Below are positions 27,202 to 41,445 of a stretch of 64,000 bases of DNA, one piece after another (position 1 is the first letter of the stretch; every line of letters starts with the position of its first letter). Origin of the DNA: Pecten maximus (taxonomy: Eukaryota); contig NC_047019.1 in NCBI RefSeq assembly GCF_902652985.1, positions 15,748,001 to 15,812,000 on the forward strand, given 5' to 3'. The translations under genes were made by a program, and so were the position numbers. Below the pieces are notes generated by a model. The model was not told the origin of the DNA. It saw only the letters and a list, made by a program, of their open reading frames with translations, and made no database searches.

Positions 27202-30200
27202 TGTTTTTTGATATTTGCTTTTAGACAATGTAAATCATTTAAACAAATAAACATATAAAAAGAAAAGGAAATGCGGCGTTATATACTTCGTGTAAATATA
27301 CTCCTTGACACGGAAACAAAAATATGTCACTGGAATGTGCAAATTGCAACAATGTACAACAATGTAAATATTGATACATGGAGACATACATTGAGCAAAG
27401 GCATAGGGTGCAACATTAACCCTGATGCGCTTTGCATATATGTTTGCAAACCTGTTCAAGTTTATGCCTATTTATATAGAACAGACCCCCTCTCTACCGC
27501 CATCCCCAACACCTTATATGCTGTCTATTGACTCGGGAATTTGGGCCATCATATTCATCCGCGTAGCTCCAAACAGCACATGCTCTACTGATTCTATCAA
27601 AAATATTAAGTTCAATTAGCCTCTGGTTGAAATCAATGGAGTTGACAATATCAATTCACCACTGACTGTGAATATCACATCGAGACAATGCAATACAATA
27701 TTTTAGACTGTCATAGATAATGTTGAAAACTGACAAACGATGTTGACATCTATGATAGACCATACTGGAGACTATGAGAGATATTATTGGAGGCTATAAA
27801 AGATTAAAACTGGACCTAGGGAGATCATATAGGCCACTATAAAAACAATATTTGGACCTATATGTAAATCATATTAAATATTATGTGTTATAATATAGAT
27901 GTATTTATATAGATATAGATCACGTACATCCTTATTTTGAGAGCCAGTATTGCAAACTATCAGCGGACACTATCGGAGACTGGTAGGAAGACTACATTAA
28001 ACACATCTCTATATACATTTAACAGTACATTTATGTAAAGGTTTTGACGCTGGTGTTTAAAGTATAAAAGCTCGACAGAAAAAGACGCCATCGTCTTACA
28101 CGTTTTACATTAAACAGAAAGAACAGTTTTAGATAGTTCCTTTTTATATGTGTATTTTGTGCCATTACTAAATATACATATACTTATATTTCATACAGTT
28201 TCTCCCGATTTAGAAATATCGTATTTGTCAACTGCCAACAGAAATTCTAAAATAAGTAGAAGTACTCTCTTCCAATGAACAAAACAAAAAACAAAACAAA
28301 AACAAGTCCAATTATTTACAAACTATTTCTTAGAGTAGGGGTGATGCTTTGTAAATTGTTGTGATGACGCACAAAGATTGTTTCATGCAGACTTTGAACT
28401 AGGTGTGATAAAAGAATCGTGAAAAGAATTCTAATATGTTGATTTTTCACGTGTTCTTGGCATTGAAGGTATTTGTTAAAGATAATATTGTTCGTTGAAA
28501 GAATACCAAGCATCCCTCAATATCAAATTATAAAGCTCATTTAATTAATTCCATGTGACATAGTCACCAGTGTTAGATTTTATTTATCGTATGACTCATA
28601 TTCATGAGAAATCTATTTAGAGTCTGGATTTTTCATCATATAGTTATTGTGACGTGATTAATTATTTATGATTTCAGAATGATGTTATTTATGACTTAAT
28701 ACATAAAAGAATGAGGTAATTACGCGCTGAGAACAAGATTTTAAATAAGGCGACATTTCTTATACGATTTTTATGAAACGAAACATTGAAACTCGCGAGC
28801 TAATTTTAAACCTTTGAGACGAGCTCCATAGAATAACTCGTGAGATTAAAGCAAATAGAAGATATCTTTATCTCAGAACTAACAACACTTTCATATTGAC
28901 GTAGATTTACAGATAAAAATGACAGGGCGACCATCCACATGACACAGTAATTGAAGCGTAAGAAGAGAAAGAAGAACAAGTAAGCGTTGCTACAACTGAT
29001 AACAGCAGAATCTGCGGTATGATTATGTTATGATAGGGATTTCAGTGTTTAAAAATAGCAAAACAGGAAAACCCCATCATAGGCATCTGTTTACAGTATT
29101 GCACCGACAATGGCGTCATACCTTATATAGAATGCGTGAGTAATCGTTCTAAATTAAGAACCTTTTCATGGTGATTGAAGCTTTGTTTTATTGTCTCTTT
29201 CAAATTTTGTTGATATTTTAAGCGGTAATCTAATGCCCACATTGTAATCTATATATAGCGTTCTCGTAACAACAGTTGTCACATGAGGATAAAAATTTCC
29301 AGGTGGACTGCTTAAACTCATTGTGCTAGAAATATGCATTATTATACAGCATACTCTGTAATTTTCATCTTGATATCAAAAACGTTTTCTACATTCAATA
29401 TTTTTAATAGATACATTTGCATTTGATGTGAAACTATTAGATGGGGCAAAATATGTATTTAAAGAAATATTTTTTAAAAATGTAGCAACAAATATTGAGT
29501 ACATAAATCATATAACTGAAGGGAAAACCAGGCATAAAGAGTCTAATTAAAGTCTTTCGTACTAGGATTATAATTATATACTTTGTACATACGTTAACCA
29601 GGTGTTGGGTGTCAGGTCTAAATCAAATAACTATTTTTGCTTGAATTTATTTGGCAAATCGTCTTTAATCTTCTTCTAATGCCTGATATTTGTTTCGAAC
29701 TTTGATATCATGTACACAAAAATCTATTCGGCTCAGTCTTTCTGTTTAATCTTGTATATTGCCCCCCTCTACCGTAGGGCAGATTATACTTGGAAGGGAC
29801 AATTGAATTATAGCGTAGTATGTGTTAAGTGCCTTTGTTTTCTATAAAGAACTTTGATTCTGTTGATCAACACGAGTTATATTCAAAACATATATTGTCA
29901 GGCTAGGTAATAAATGTCTGGTAGAAAAGCTATTCCTGTGCCAAAATACCAGACTTAAAACATTTCAAAATAATGATTGTGTGTGTAATAGGCATATACT
30001 TTCGTACAAACATCAAAAGTTCAGTAGTGAAAGTCAATTGACTATGACACATTTACTTTTCAAGCCAAACAAAAAGCACGGTGTTAGCATGTTACAGAGG
30101 TTACATAAATGATATTATTTATGTTATAAATAAATGTCACCTGCCTTTTCTACTGTATATAATGAACGGATTTTAATAAATAAAGGTGACTCAATTTGGG

Positions 30201-32881
30201 GTACATTAACGCAAGTACAGTATAAATATATCCATATATCCAGGTTTTAATACACCACTACTAAAGAGATATTCGATATCAATGTAAATATATATAAATG
30301 ACTAGGCTTGTAACCTGTTTTCATAAACCTATTTGTATATTCTGTATTAATCACAAGTCTAAAAAAAATTGTTTTATCGTAAAAATAGTGGTATGGCTCA
30401 GAATACACACACAGATGCCACGTGCTTTTGACTGCAATACTGAAAATTATGAAATAAAGCGCTGTTCTCACTAATGCGTATGAGAGTCTCTATAAAATGT
30501 TATCTATCTTGTATATACATGGTACTTAGTTGTACGGAAAGGATAAACAATCTATTCTATAGTGGCCCTTATGGACATTTCTCATTTTGAGGTAGACCTA
30601 GTACACAGCAAGAAAAAGGAGACCTATAGCGTCAAATACAGGGATCATCTCAAACAATGTTTTGTTGACGTCTTATTTGATAAAGAACCCACACACCTTG
30701 GCCGGACTCCATGTGTATATCACAGGAAATACTATGGAGAGACATATCGGCATATCACAATTAGACCTTAGTTTTTGCGTTTTTCAAAGTTTTTGTATTC
30801 AAATATGTTTCATTCGTTGTCATAACTAGCCCAGGACTTGTTGGAAAGATGAAATATTTCTCTTTACGTTGATATATCATAAAGTTGGAATAGCGACTCG
30901 AACATATGTAACCTGATAAAAATCAATTTTAAAAGCGCTTGTTCGGCTTTCTCTTCTTGGGAGTTTAAAAGTGATGGGGGTGAAAAAACAGCGTACTATC
31001 CCCATTCTAATACGTTTACTGTTAAATTATTTAGAAACATTGTTTTACATCGCTGCCCTATCGACATATTTTGTGTGTTTGTACTCTAGGTAAATTCTGT
31101 ACTTTATTCGCTGCATTAGAAAAAGTCATTAACCTGTAGGGAGTTTGTTATAGGTTGGTCTAGTCTATTACCGTCCAATTGTGACACAAAGAGTAGACAT
31201 AGCGAAAATAGCTCTTGTCAGAACTTTTCGGAGGTTTGTGAAATAAACATTCTTTCTTTGATTTGAAAACAAAGTCATCATTCCACATTGAAAGTGTGTT
31301 TTTTGGGTTTTTTTTTTCCTTATGAATATTGAACAAGCTGTAGTGTTTCCATTAAAACCATGCATTTAGACCTTTCAAAGTTAAAGCACATGTACCATAC
31401 ATAGACGTAAAGTAAACAATTATTGGTATCTTTTGTCTCTTATGGGTAAACTTTCCAATGGCTTGTCGCACTCTCAGGAAGTATTAACTTTTTGTGATTC
31501 TTATTCTCAAATGGAAATTTCGTTTTTTATCGTTGCATTTAGTGAATACGGCGGATCAATATTTAAATCATGGATATATAAATTATATGTTATTGCTGTA
31601 TAAGTGTACATGATAACTAGTTCCCATCGAAGCAACCGCTAAACACGAGTCCGCGATTCTAATCAAATGTACAATATAAGTAGCTCTCTCAAGTCAGAAG
31701 TGATATTTGTTTACTCGGCTTTGTTAAAACACTTAGGAAAAAATGCTTTGATGTACAATACATATGATAAAACATTATAAGATGACTGTTTAATATCATA
31801 TTCTTTATCATCCCTTAGATTAAAGATTTGGTCCTTATATCATATCAAATAACAAGATTATATTTTCGCTATAAGTGTAGTACACAATGTTTATTCATCA
31901 GATTATATTATGTGGATGACTGGTCAGTTATATTTAAGTATGGTACAATTGCCTTATTCTAATGATAAGATTTGTCTATCATGATTCACACGACATTTAG
32001 TCAACAAACACTGGAAAACAAACATGACTCATCAAGCTAACAATTGCCTGCTTTTAACATGGACTGGTTCGTGTGATCTGCACATCTGATTCATCCGTGA
32101 ATTATGTAGATACCTATTCTTTGAAATATCTATAATCGATGACAGAGACTGGAAACATATTCTTTCGTGAAATGAATACAATTGTGGAACAGTTTATTCA
32201 CACCAGTGAAAAGGTATTGCTTATTTGTAAGTGTACCTTACTGGTATACCTAATATTACCGTACAGCATGTAATATTTGAGGGTATTTAATTTCGTGGTT
32301 TCAGGCAATTAAGATATTTTCATTGTACAAACTTTCGTGGATACTCCTTATCAAACAAATACGACTATAACGATTAAATTGTTGACATATTTTTGTCGTA
32401 CGTACCAACTAGGAAAATAACGGATGCTGATAAACAACAAATATTTCATGCACGTTACACAGAAATAAATACATTTTAACCAGAACACCTGAAGCAACAG
32501 CTTTAGGTACTAGTATTGCAACATCAATGTCTTTAAGACCAAGTTCAAGGATACTATACTGACACATCCTCTCATATCATACGAATGCTGGTGCTTAAAA
32601 AGGATAAAAACACTCAGAATAGTATCTGGCATTTCGTCAATTATTTGGCCACTTAACGTTAAAAAAACGTTTATAATCGTATCTAAACGTATTTAAAATG
32701 CCTGAGTATCAAGTCGTTTTATGATATCTTGTGTCCGTGTTCCCAGTGTGAGTTGATCCGTGGCGATGGGAAACATAACAGTTCGATGGTATTCTCGGAT
32801 CAATCGATTACCTGTACTGTAATGTTATTATAGTTGCTGGGACGAGGAGTACGTCAGAATCCTTCAGCGAGACATCGCAAT

Positions 32882-32892
32882 GGAAATTTCCC
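32882..32892 (-). promoter_or_regulatory. Candidate NF-kB/Rel site upstream of the IAP gene
   Basis: GGGAAATTTCC on the minus strand, ~4.5 kb upstream of the IAP coding exons. Motif match only. Confidence 0.3.
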
Positions 32893-35266
32893 TCTAAACA
32901 CAGGTTTGTAAACTATCTTCGTCTCATATCTGTATATAAACATATCATAAAGGTTAGTGATATACGTTGTTTGTGACCTAAACACATATTGATACTATTG
33001 TTTAGTATAGTGTTATCTTTTTGTACATTTATCTATTTATTCTGTATTCATTTATCTATTTACACAGATATTTTCCCAATCGTTCTATTATACTTCGACA
33101 ATACACATCGTTCAATACATTGTAGGTATTTATGTACGCCTACCTTTCCACAATACAATACACCTGTGTTACTTAAACACAGCCCTGCTGATATATATAT
33201 ATATATAAAGTCCTGGCATCAGAAAAATATCCTTTCCTTGATTATTTCTACTTCGTGATTTTTTTGATACTTTTTTTTTGGGGGGGGGGGGGGGGGGGAT
33301 TTTCATTTTTCATTCAAGAATGCATAGGGAATTTCTAAACGGCATAGAAACCACCACTACAGGTAAATTCCATATGTGTATAATTGTATAATTTATTTTA
33401 AATTCAAGTCATGTATATTTTAAAACAGAAACACAAAAAGAAACTAGAAATAAAAATAAACACACATTATTCTATATTGATAAACAAGTGTTATTAATAT
33501 AGGCTTAGCAAAAATCATATACGTGGATATATACTTCTGACACTGACACGTTTTTGTCAGATATTTATTGACGTGTTATGCTGGATTTTGAAACAAACCA
33601 TAGCATGTACTAAATCAAAAATAGATCAAAATATCAAAATTATAGCCTTATTAAAAACCTCAATACTACAAAGTTGATACTGGGACTCAAACAAATATAC
33701 TATTGTGATGGATATACTTTCCTTTTAAATAAATGTTGTTTTCTTCTACTTATTCTTTCATCTAAATTATCATTTTTGTCAGAATATGTTCATATGGATA
33801 TAAAAATTATATGCTCACAATACATCCAGATCTCACACAAGATAAACAAAATATACAAAAATAACGGTGAGATTATCGTCATGTGGCTATTTATAGCACA
33901 TGACGTATTGTCAGTTGAGTTTTCATATGTAACTATATATACATGGTCATCATTGGTCAGTAGGACCTCTGTTTATAAGTATAAAATAGAATATAGAATA
34001 GGTTGAATGCAAGCTATTTATAGATTTTAGTCACGGGGAAACCTCGAATCAAAATGAAAGTAATATTTTTTCAAACAAGCAATCTTTATGTTCTGCTGTT
34101 TACATTCTGTATTAGATCACAAGTACCAACACGCATTTCAACAAAGGGTAAGTAATTTGCAAAAACATGTTTTGATTATCTAATCGATCATCGTAGCTAT
34201 TTGTAATTTTCACAAACGTAACAACCAAAAATCTCTATATCTTCATTCTTTTATCATTTTGTACAAAAGTACATAATCTAGAGAATCACAATAAGAAAAC
34301 TTAAACAGTCAAATCATCTCTTAACGAGTTTAATGCTCTCAAGAAATCGACATTCTTGACATACTTAGCTGTCTCCGGTATCCAAACAATGTTGATAGTT
34401 TCTGCGATATAGGTTGCATCTGTTAAACGGGCATGTTGACATGCGGCCTGGAAAAAAACCCACCTACCACTCCTTCCTTCAGAGAGACCTTAGACTTTAT
34501 CGAAGTTGAAGAATATTAGTATTATTTTTTTCCTCTTGCCCTGACACCATTTACATATCATTGTGTACTCTCTACTTCCATTTCGAATCAATAACGGGCA
34601 AAAATAGATGCTCGAAAGGTCACGTTAAGCATACGAGATGAAATCTCTTTTGAAGTTTTAGAAACCGGTTTTCACAGCTATTTTTATTGATTTATTTTAT
34701 TGCTCTTGTCAAATACGCTATTTATATAAGTGGTTTTCCCAAACATTTATGTACATATATTTTACTCAGTGACGTGTGACCGGAATACAAGTATGCAGTT
34801 CTATTTTTCCTGTTTACGCTACATATGGTTTACTCAAAGGTGTTTAAAATTATACATGCTCTAATAACCTAGTTTGTTATTAAACAATATATATTTCACG
34901 GATTACAATACATATACAGTATGTAAAATATCTAACCCATGCAACTAGTGATTTTAGCTTTAGCGAGTGTCTTTTGTAACTTTAACAAATAACTTACCAG
35001 TGTGAAATAAATTCCATATCAAAAATCACGAGTCGTGTGACCTGTTTCTACCACAATAATATCGCCTTGAATCAAAGGGAAACGTGGCCAAGTCATATTT
35101 CGCGTATACAAATCGTATACAAATAAGGTGTACAGGTGACAACCAGGACCCGGTGGTGTGACGTCATTCGATTATTGATGACGTCAATAAAAATTGCAGC
35201 TCGGATCAGAGTTAGAATTCTTGACCAATCAAAAGACCAGAAGGTCATATTCCACTAGTGAAATAT

Positions 35267-36992
35267 AACATATGAAATTACCACGTTCTTCATGCTCGCT
35301 ATACTTACGTGCCTGCTCAGATCAATACACACATACACAAACAAGTGGCCAAGGGCCACGTAGTTCTCTGGGCATTGTATTAGTATTCAATTTATTGTTG
35401 TCAATTTTCTTGCATTTGGTAATTATAATTTGTTATATTTGATGCAAATTATATGGAATATTCGTAGTATGGAATTAAATAATGTAATATAAAAATGTAT
35501 GTGATATTGATTATATGTGAACCACATACAATAAATTTGCTATAAAAAAACTTTGTCAAATATATTATAAATTTGCTACATTAATTCTTCAATTAAATCT
35601 CATCATTTGATGATATAAAGCAATGCATTTGTATGTACCAAGGCAGAGGTATTTGTCCGCAAACACATTCAGGACTTGTCCCTTCACTACACTGTAGACC
35701 ACAGACAAACGTATGTGTTTTCCCCTTCAGTGTAAACTATACCTTAGGGAGCAGTGGTTGAAGGCCTGTCTGGACAAAATTAATTGATACTGTCAATGGT
35801 CCAGATAACACCAACATACACAAATTGCACTGAATCTCCGCCAAACGATGTCGCCTATTGGAAGGTATAGCTTGTGTTTCACTGTTGTTACTAAAAATAG
35901 ACATTAAAACTTTTTTTTTTTTTAAATTAAAAGAATTCCAGTTGATATCGAATATTGTGATTGTTATCAACACAGCAACTACACAATACCTATAATCTGG
36001 CATCTCAACATACAGCCATGAATGCACAATTAGGCTAAAAATCTGTTTACAGGGTGCAAAGCATAAATTTTTCGACCGCTGGCTATAGTTCTCGGGGCTA
36101 TAAATAGCCCCAGAGAACTAAAAATGATATGTACGCAGTTAATTCTGCTTGGGAATAACACGTAGAAATACACACATACATATATATAATACTATTCTGT
36201 AATGTATGTATGCATTTACTCTTGAAAAGAAAAAATATGTAATGTTTTTAAACATAGACTTTCGTATAGTTACGCAACAGTATTTTATATATTATAATAA
36301 TTTTCATCCTTTGATCTTAATAATATTAGGAAACAAAGACGTGATCAGTATCGCTTTTTGTTGTGAAATAAGGATAACAAGCGGGAAAAGTAAATCAGTT
36401 GATAAAAAGAAAGAAAGTATTTTTCCTTTTTCTTTATCTTGATGTAGAACAAGGTATCGCAAACGATACAGCTTCCATCTCGTATCCCGATGAATTATAG
36501 AGCACTTGATAAACCCTGATACAAACTCGTTCAAGTTGTTGTTTTGATCATTATAAGCAATAAGATAAAAATCCAGTTAAAGTCGCTAGAGCAATGACAC
36601 AGATATTCTAAAATGTAACAGCGACCTTGTCCTGGACCTTGGCAGCCTGAAATACGGACTTTTTTAAGTTGTCTTCTCAATTAACCAATGTCTGAAGTAT
36701 GATAGAAATTCGGTTAAAAACGAAGTCGCTAGTGCGCTGACAAAGGGTATACTTCAAACTGAACGCTACATTACCCATGCTCTGCATCACTTATTTGATG
36801 TTCTGTTTTTGTATAAATATAAATACCGGTCATACAGCTTTCTAGGTATATTGCCAACCAATGGATATGTCTACTAATAGAGCAATATAAATAGAACTTA
36901 CTGCGTAGATATCAGTTTTGGTATATGTGTGTATTGATCTGAGCAGGCACGTAAGTATAGCGAGCATAACGAACGTTGTAATTACATTTGTT
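35267..36992. mobile_element. TIR-bounded non-autonomous element (~70-bp TIRs), probably with a nested Helentron-like insert (~35340-36790)
   Basis: aacatatgaaattaccacgttcttcatgctcgctatacttacgtgcctgctcagatcaatacaca at 35267 is the reverse complement of ~36925-36992. The internal sequence starts aacaagtggccaagggccac, typical of bivalve Helentron-derived repeats. Confidence 0.75.
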
Positions 36993-37440
36993 CACAACCG
37001 TCAAAGAAATGATGTGATAAATGTATTATGTTTGGATATATCGTACGCATGTGACCTCGGAGTAATGTAGGTCAGCGTTCCTGATGAATACACTATCAAC
37101 ATTGAGGATATCATAAACATGTCTTGTAGTGTACGGACATATTGCGTCATGTTGTCTAAGATTGACAGGAGACCGTTTACCTGAATGAACACATATTATT
37201 TTAGAATTAATTTGGATAGCACTCCATCTGATTCCATTCATGACGAATATTCTATCAACAGTGGATGATATAGTAAACATGCGTTGTATAGTATACATAC
37301 ATATTACGTCATATTGTCTAGGGTATTTACCTGACATGTATTTTATAATTAATTTGGATAGCATTCCATATGTAGTGTTTGTTTCTTATTTCGTGCGGCT
37401 AATTTCTTCTACCTTTCTCAGAAGCTACTGCAGGATTGTC

Positions 37441-40400
37441 ATGAAAATACAGACATACTCATTAAGAATTCAATGTGCACAAGGTAACTTTTGTACCTCG
37501 ATTGGTAATCCAATATGGCCACCAGAGATCAATTCTAGTAGGGAGACTTTGAAATAAAGGCTGTTATAGGGGACCGATTTTGTTCCAACTTGTTTTAAAA
37601 TGAGCCCACAGTATCGAACATGTAGGTTGTGTTTCAAGGTGCTGATATTGTTTGCGTTTTGTTTACCCTACTTTTATAACCTATATGGCCAGCATAAGAA
37701 TATTCATATAATATCCTATATCTTATCTTAACATATCTGTATGCATTTTCCAGGTGATAATATGGAAGCCACGTTGCAATCCGCAATACTAAAGCTACCA
37801 GACAACAAAAGGACATTGAAGAGGTCCAAGTCAGATGGGTGTTTGTTTTTCTGCAATCATTCCTCGAACTCCTTAACAGTAACATCGTTGCGTGTAACGA
37901 AAATGACTAAGTCAATAGAAAATCTTACAATATCACACCATTGTTTGGGATTTCCTAAGTTTCCAAGTGATAACTGTGATAATGATAACAGCGACGTTAA
38001 ATCGCTGCCACACAGAAGCATTCGTACTGATAGTGTCTTAATACCAGTAAACCGAAGAGATGCGAAAGTAAAAAAAATGGACTCAGAATTAAACCTTCAA
38101 TTGACAGCATATGAAGTGATTGCAATCGCTTCACCATTGCTTAAACATGCATATGTGGGATGTATTTCCTTCTTAAAACATTTGCTATCCGTTGTTTTTA
38201 CTGAGAAAAGAAGGTTTGGGAAAGAGAACCGACATGTATGGACACTAAAATTCCTCAAATATTTTATAATTGTTACAATGATCGCTTGCATTATATCCAA
38301 CAGGAACCTGTGCTGTATCTTCTTACATTTTTGCATCATATCGGGTATTTTTAAAAGTGTTAAACTAAACAGTTTTACCTCAGGAAATTTTAATTTGGAT
38401 TTTAATGAAAATATGAAAACTAAGAATCTCAAGGAATATAAAGGATGCAAACCTTACCGTATAGAAAAGATATCTTGGCTTTTGAAAATGCGACCCCGAA
38501 AAGTGTTTTTGAATGTTTTTCCGTCCAGTCTTAAACTGTATTTTGAAAACGCCCAAAACGGAACCGGGGATGCATCACCGATGAATATCGAATGGTTACG
38601 GTTGAAGTCATTTGCAAGTGCGTCTTTGATTAACGCTCGACCTATTAGATTATCGAGAGCCGGATTTTACTACACGGGTACATCTGATGAGGTAGAATGT
38701 TATTCTTGTGGCATACGAAGATCTAACTGGGAGGTTGGAGACGATCCGGCTGATCTTCACCGACAAATGTCTCCCCATTGTAGGCATGTATGTGGCACCG
38801 ATGATACGAACGTTCCAATACCACGAAACGCCGAAAACATGCATTCTCCTACAGCGAATTCAGGTACCACTCAAGATATCAATAATGAGTCTTTTCCTCT
38901 GAGAGATAGTGATCTTTACAGTTCTTGTGAATTCCCAACGTCTGCGAGAGATGACATGGTTCAGCACGGTATCGAAAATCAACATCAAAATCAGCCTAAC
39001 ACACCAGTCCGGAATCTAGATATACACCAAGAGAATCCATCTGTGGAACAAACCGGAAACGGGATATATGCCCCTCCGAAGCATATGTCTAAACAAACTA
39101 AACAACATATTCCTGTGACATCTAGCCCTACTAGATCCCCACAGGAGACAAAAAAATCCTATGCCTTTTCAACGTCAACGCAGAGCTGTTCAAAAAACAA
39201 ATTACATGCTCAATGTCGAAATAGTTCGAGTCCTATTCCCGGAACAAGAAACCAAAAAAGAAATGCATTTAGACGAAGAGAGCTTGACAACGGAAGTCGT
39301 ATTGGTGATAATACAAACAGAAATTCTCAATTGAATACTCGTAACCCTTTGCCTATGAATCCGTCCAATCAAACTAGCACATTTTATACCAACAAAGTCA
39401 CTTCCGGCTCCGTTAGTGCTTCAGCTATGCAGAAGCTAGTCCCACTTGGTGTCAACTTCGATAAGCCAAAGTACCCGGCGTATGCAGTGCTAACAGTTCG
39501 GATGAGTTCCTTCAGTGGTTGGTCATGCTCACAGACACCAAACCTGATGGCTGAGGCAGGTTTTGTGTATGCTGGGTATGCAGATTATACTAGATGCTTC
39601 TTCTGTGGGGGCGGACTGAAAAACTGGGAGGATGGGGACGACCCATGGATTGAGCATGCACGGTGGTTTCCTAACTGCGCATACTTACGACAAAACAAGG
39701 GTATCGAATTTATACAGCTGGTACACGAAAGACTAGATGGTCAAGAACAGGTAAGACGCGTTATCACTATTTTATATGCAACCTTGTTAATGAATATATA
39801 TAGATAGATCATATACAGTATAAACTGTCCGCACACCTCGATATAGTTTCGGACTATCTCAATACAAAATGTCTTAATTGTTTTTTTCAGAAAAATATCA
39901 TATCCCTTTCTTATCCAGTGTAAATTATATATGGATGAGGTCCTTAAAACTTGAACAAATTCTGTCAAATTTGTTATGAAATCTTACTTTTACGTTCATG
40001 CCTAGTTGTTTTATGGCCTTTCAGTTATTCTTTGTTTTCTGTGTAATCTTTGCTCGATACCTTTATCAATTACAACATATTTGAAAAATACGCCGTCATC
40101 CACAGGTTAATGATTCCTCAAGAACCAGGGAAGAACAACAGGAAGTAGTCGGCGGAAGTTCCTCGGAGAATTTCCTGTCGGAGAAAGATACGGAGAACTT
40201 ACCAGCATTCCAAAAGGCCGTACAACAAGGACATTCCACGGAACTTGTCAGACAAGCGGTAAAACAGCTGGTGGATAAAGGTAAACATGTACTATCATAA
40301 TCATATGCTATTATTTAAGCTTTAATTACAGTTTTATTCTTGAATTGTAATTAATGAAGTGTAGAAAATGGTGTTAAAGGGGAGCAGAAATTGTTAAATA

Positions 40401-41195
40401 TATATTGAACATGTCATAAACACACTTTTTTTTGTCTCGCAATGTTACCATTCCATACTGTAACAAAAACAACTTATCAATGAAATGAAGCCGATGCGTT
40501 TGTCAAGTTAAAAATTGTCTTTGTAGGTATCAAGGATATCCAAAGTTCAGACATCCTCGAGGAAATATCAAGGCAGAACAGCGGAGAAAACCAAGGTGAT
40601 TGTAGACTGGGGTACACACAAAGAGGGAATGAAGGGAACACACGTATCACGGACACAGACGGTAAAATGTGCTAAATGTCAACAAATATCTCGTCCTCGT
40701 ACAACTTTGGATGCTAAGGGCGTACTAATCCTGCTAATCATCAAAAGAAACAAGCAATGGAATAATAATCACGCTGATTAGCAATAGATCTCGTTAGCGT
40801 GTTTTAATAGTTTACAAGCATTAATTGCTAGTTGTTCTAATTTGAATAAATCTGTTCATATGTGATATGGGATTTTCGCGAATAAAATTTACAGATGTTA
40901 CATCCTGAAAGATTAGTGATAGCTTAAGTCTAGCTTCAAAAATCCTTCAAACTTGAATACGTTTTAAAACCGTTTTTCATTTTTATTTTCAGAACGTGAG
41001 ATGCGACAGTTAATGGAGGAGAACCGTCGTTTGACAAAAGAAAAGACTTGTAGAATATGTGAGGAAGAGGATGCCTCAATTACGTTTCTCCCGTGCGCCC
41101 ATCTCGTGTGTTGTCAAGTCTGCGCCCAAGCTGTGAGACGCTGTCCTGTGTGTGGAGTCATCATACAGGGCTCCATCAAAACATGGCTCACGTAA
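37441..41195 (+). CDS. Inhibitor of apoptosis (BIRC/IAP) protein with N-terminal extension, BIR, low-complexity linker, BIR, UBA-like and RING; ~850 aa; exons 37441-37483, 37754-39750, 40106-40280, 40527-40661, 40993-41195
   Basis: Two BIRs with CX2CX16HX6C (RLKSF..AGFYYTG..CYSC..H..C and [40 protein letters not shown]), and a C-terminal [25 protein letters not shown]. Phases are compatible. The first mini-exon is inferred from an in-frame donor/acceptor pair; the alternative start is ATG 37762. Confidence 0.92.
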
Positions 41196-41445
41196 TCTGA
41201 CGTCATTTCTGTGTGTGTATCTAGCAGTGAACTACGTTACATTTACTGTTATTACATCCCTAAGATTACTGTTAGTCACGGAAGTGGCCTATTGATTATT
41301 CAAAAATAATACACGACATCAAAGCATTGATAATATATTTGGATTATGTCTATGAAGCATGTACAGAAACTACATCATTGATTTTTTCAGCTTGACCAAC
41401 AAAATAAGACTGTTCACTAGATATCTACTAAAGGAAATCCCTTTT

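Noticed and set aside
33271-33298. T-run followed by a long G-run (possible G-quadruplex)
   Set aside because: A simple homopolymer whose length is error-prone; there is no evidence of function.
27235-34006. Short ORFs between the SLC22 and IAP genes
   Set aside because: AT-rich frames with no recognisable motifs and no consistent exon chain.
37040-37370. Imperfect ~170-bp direct duplication upstream of the IAP gene (similar small duplication at ~13845-13970)
   Set aside because: An ordinary local duplication with no coding or structural signal.
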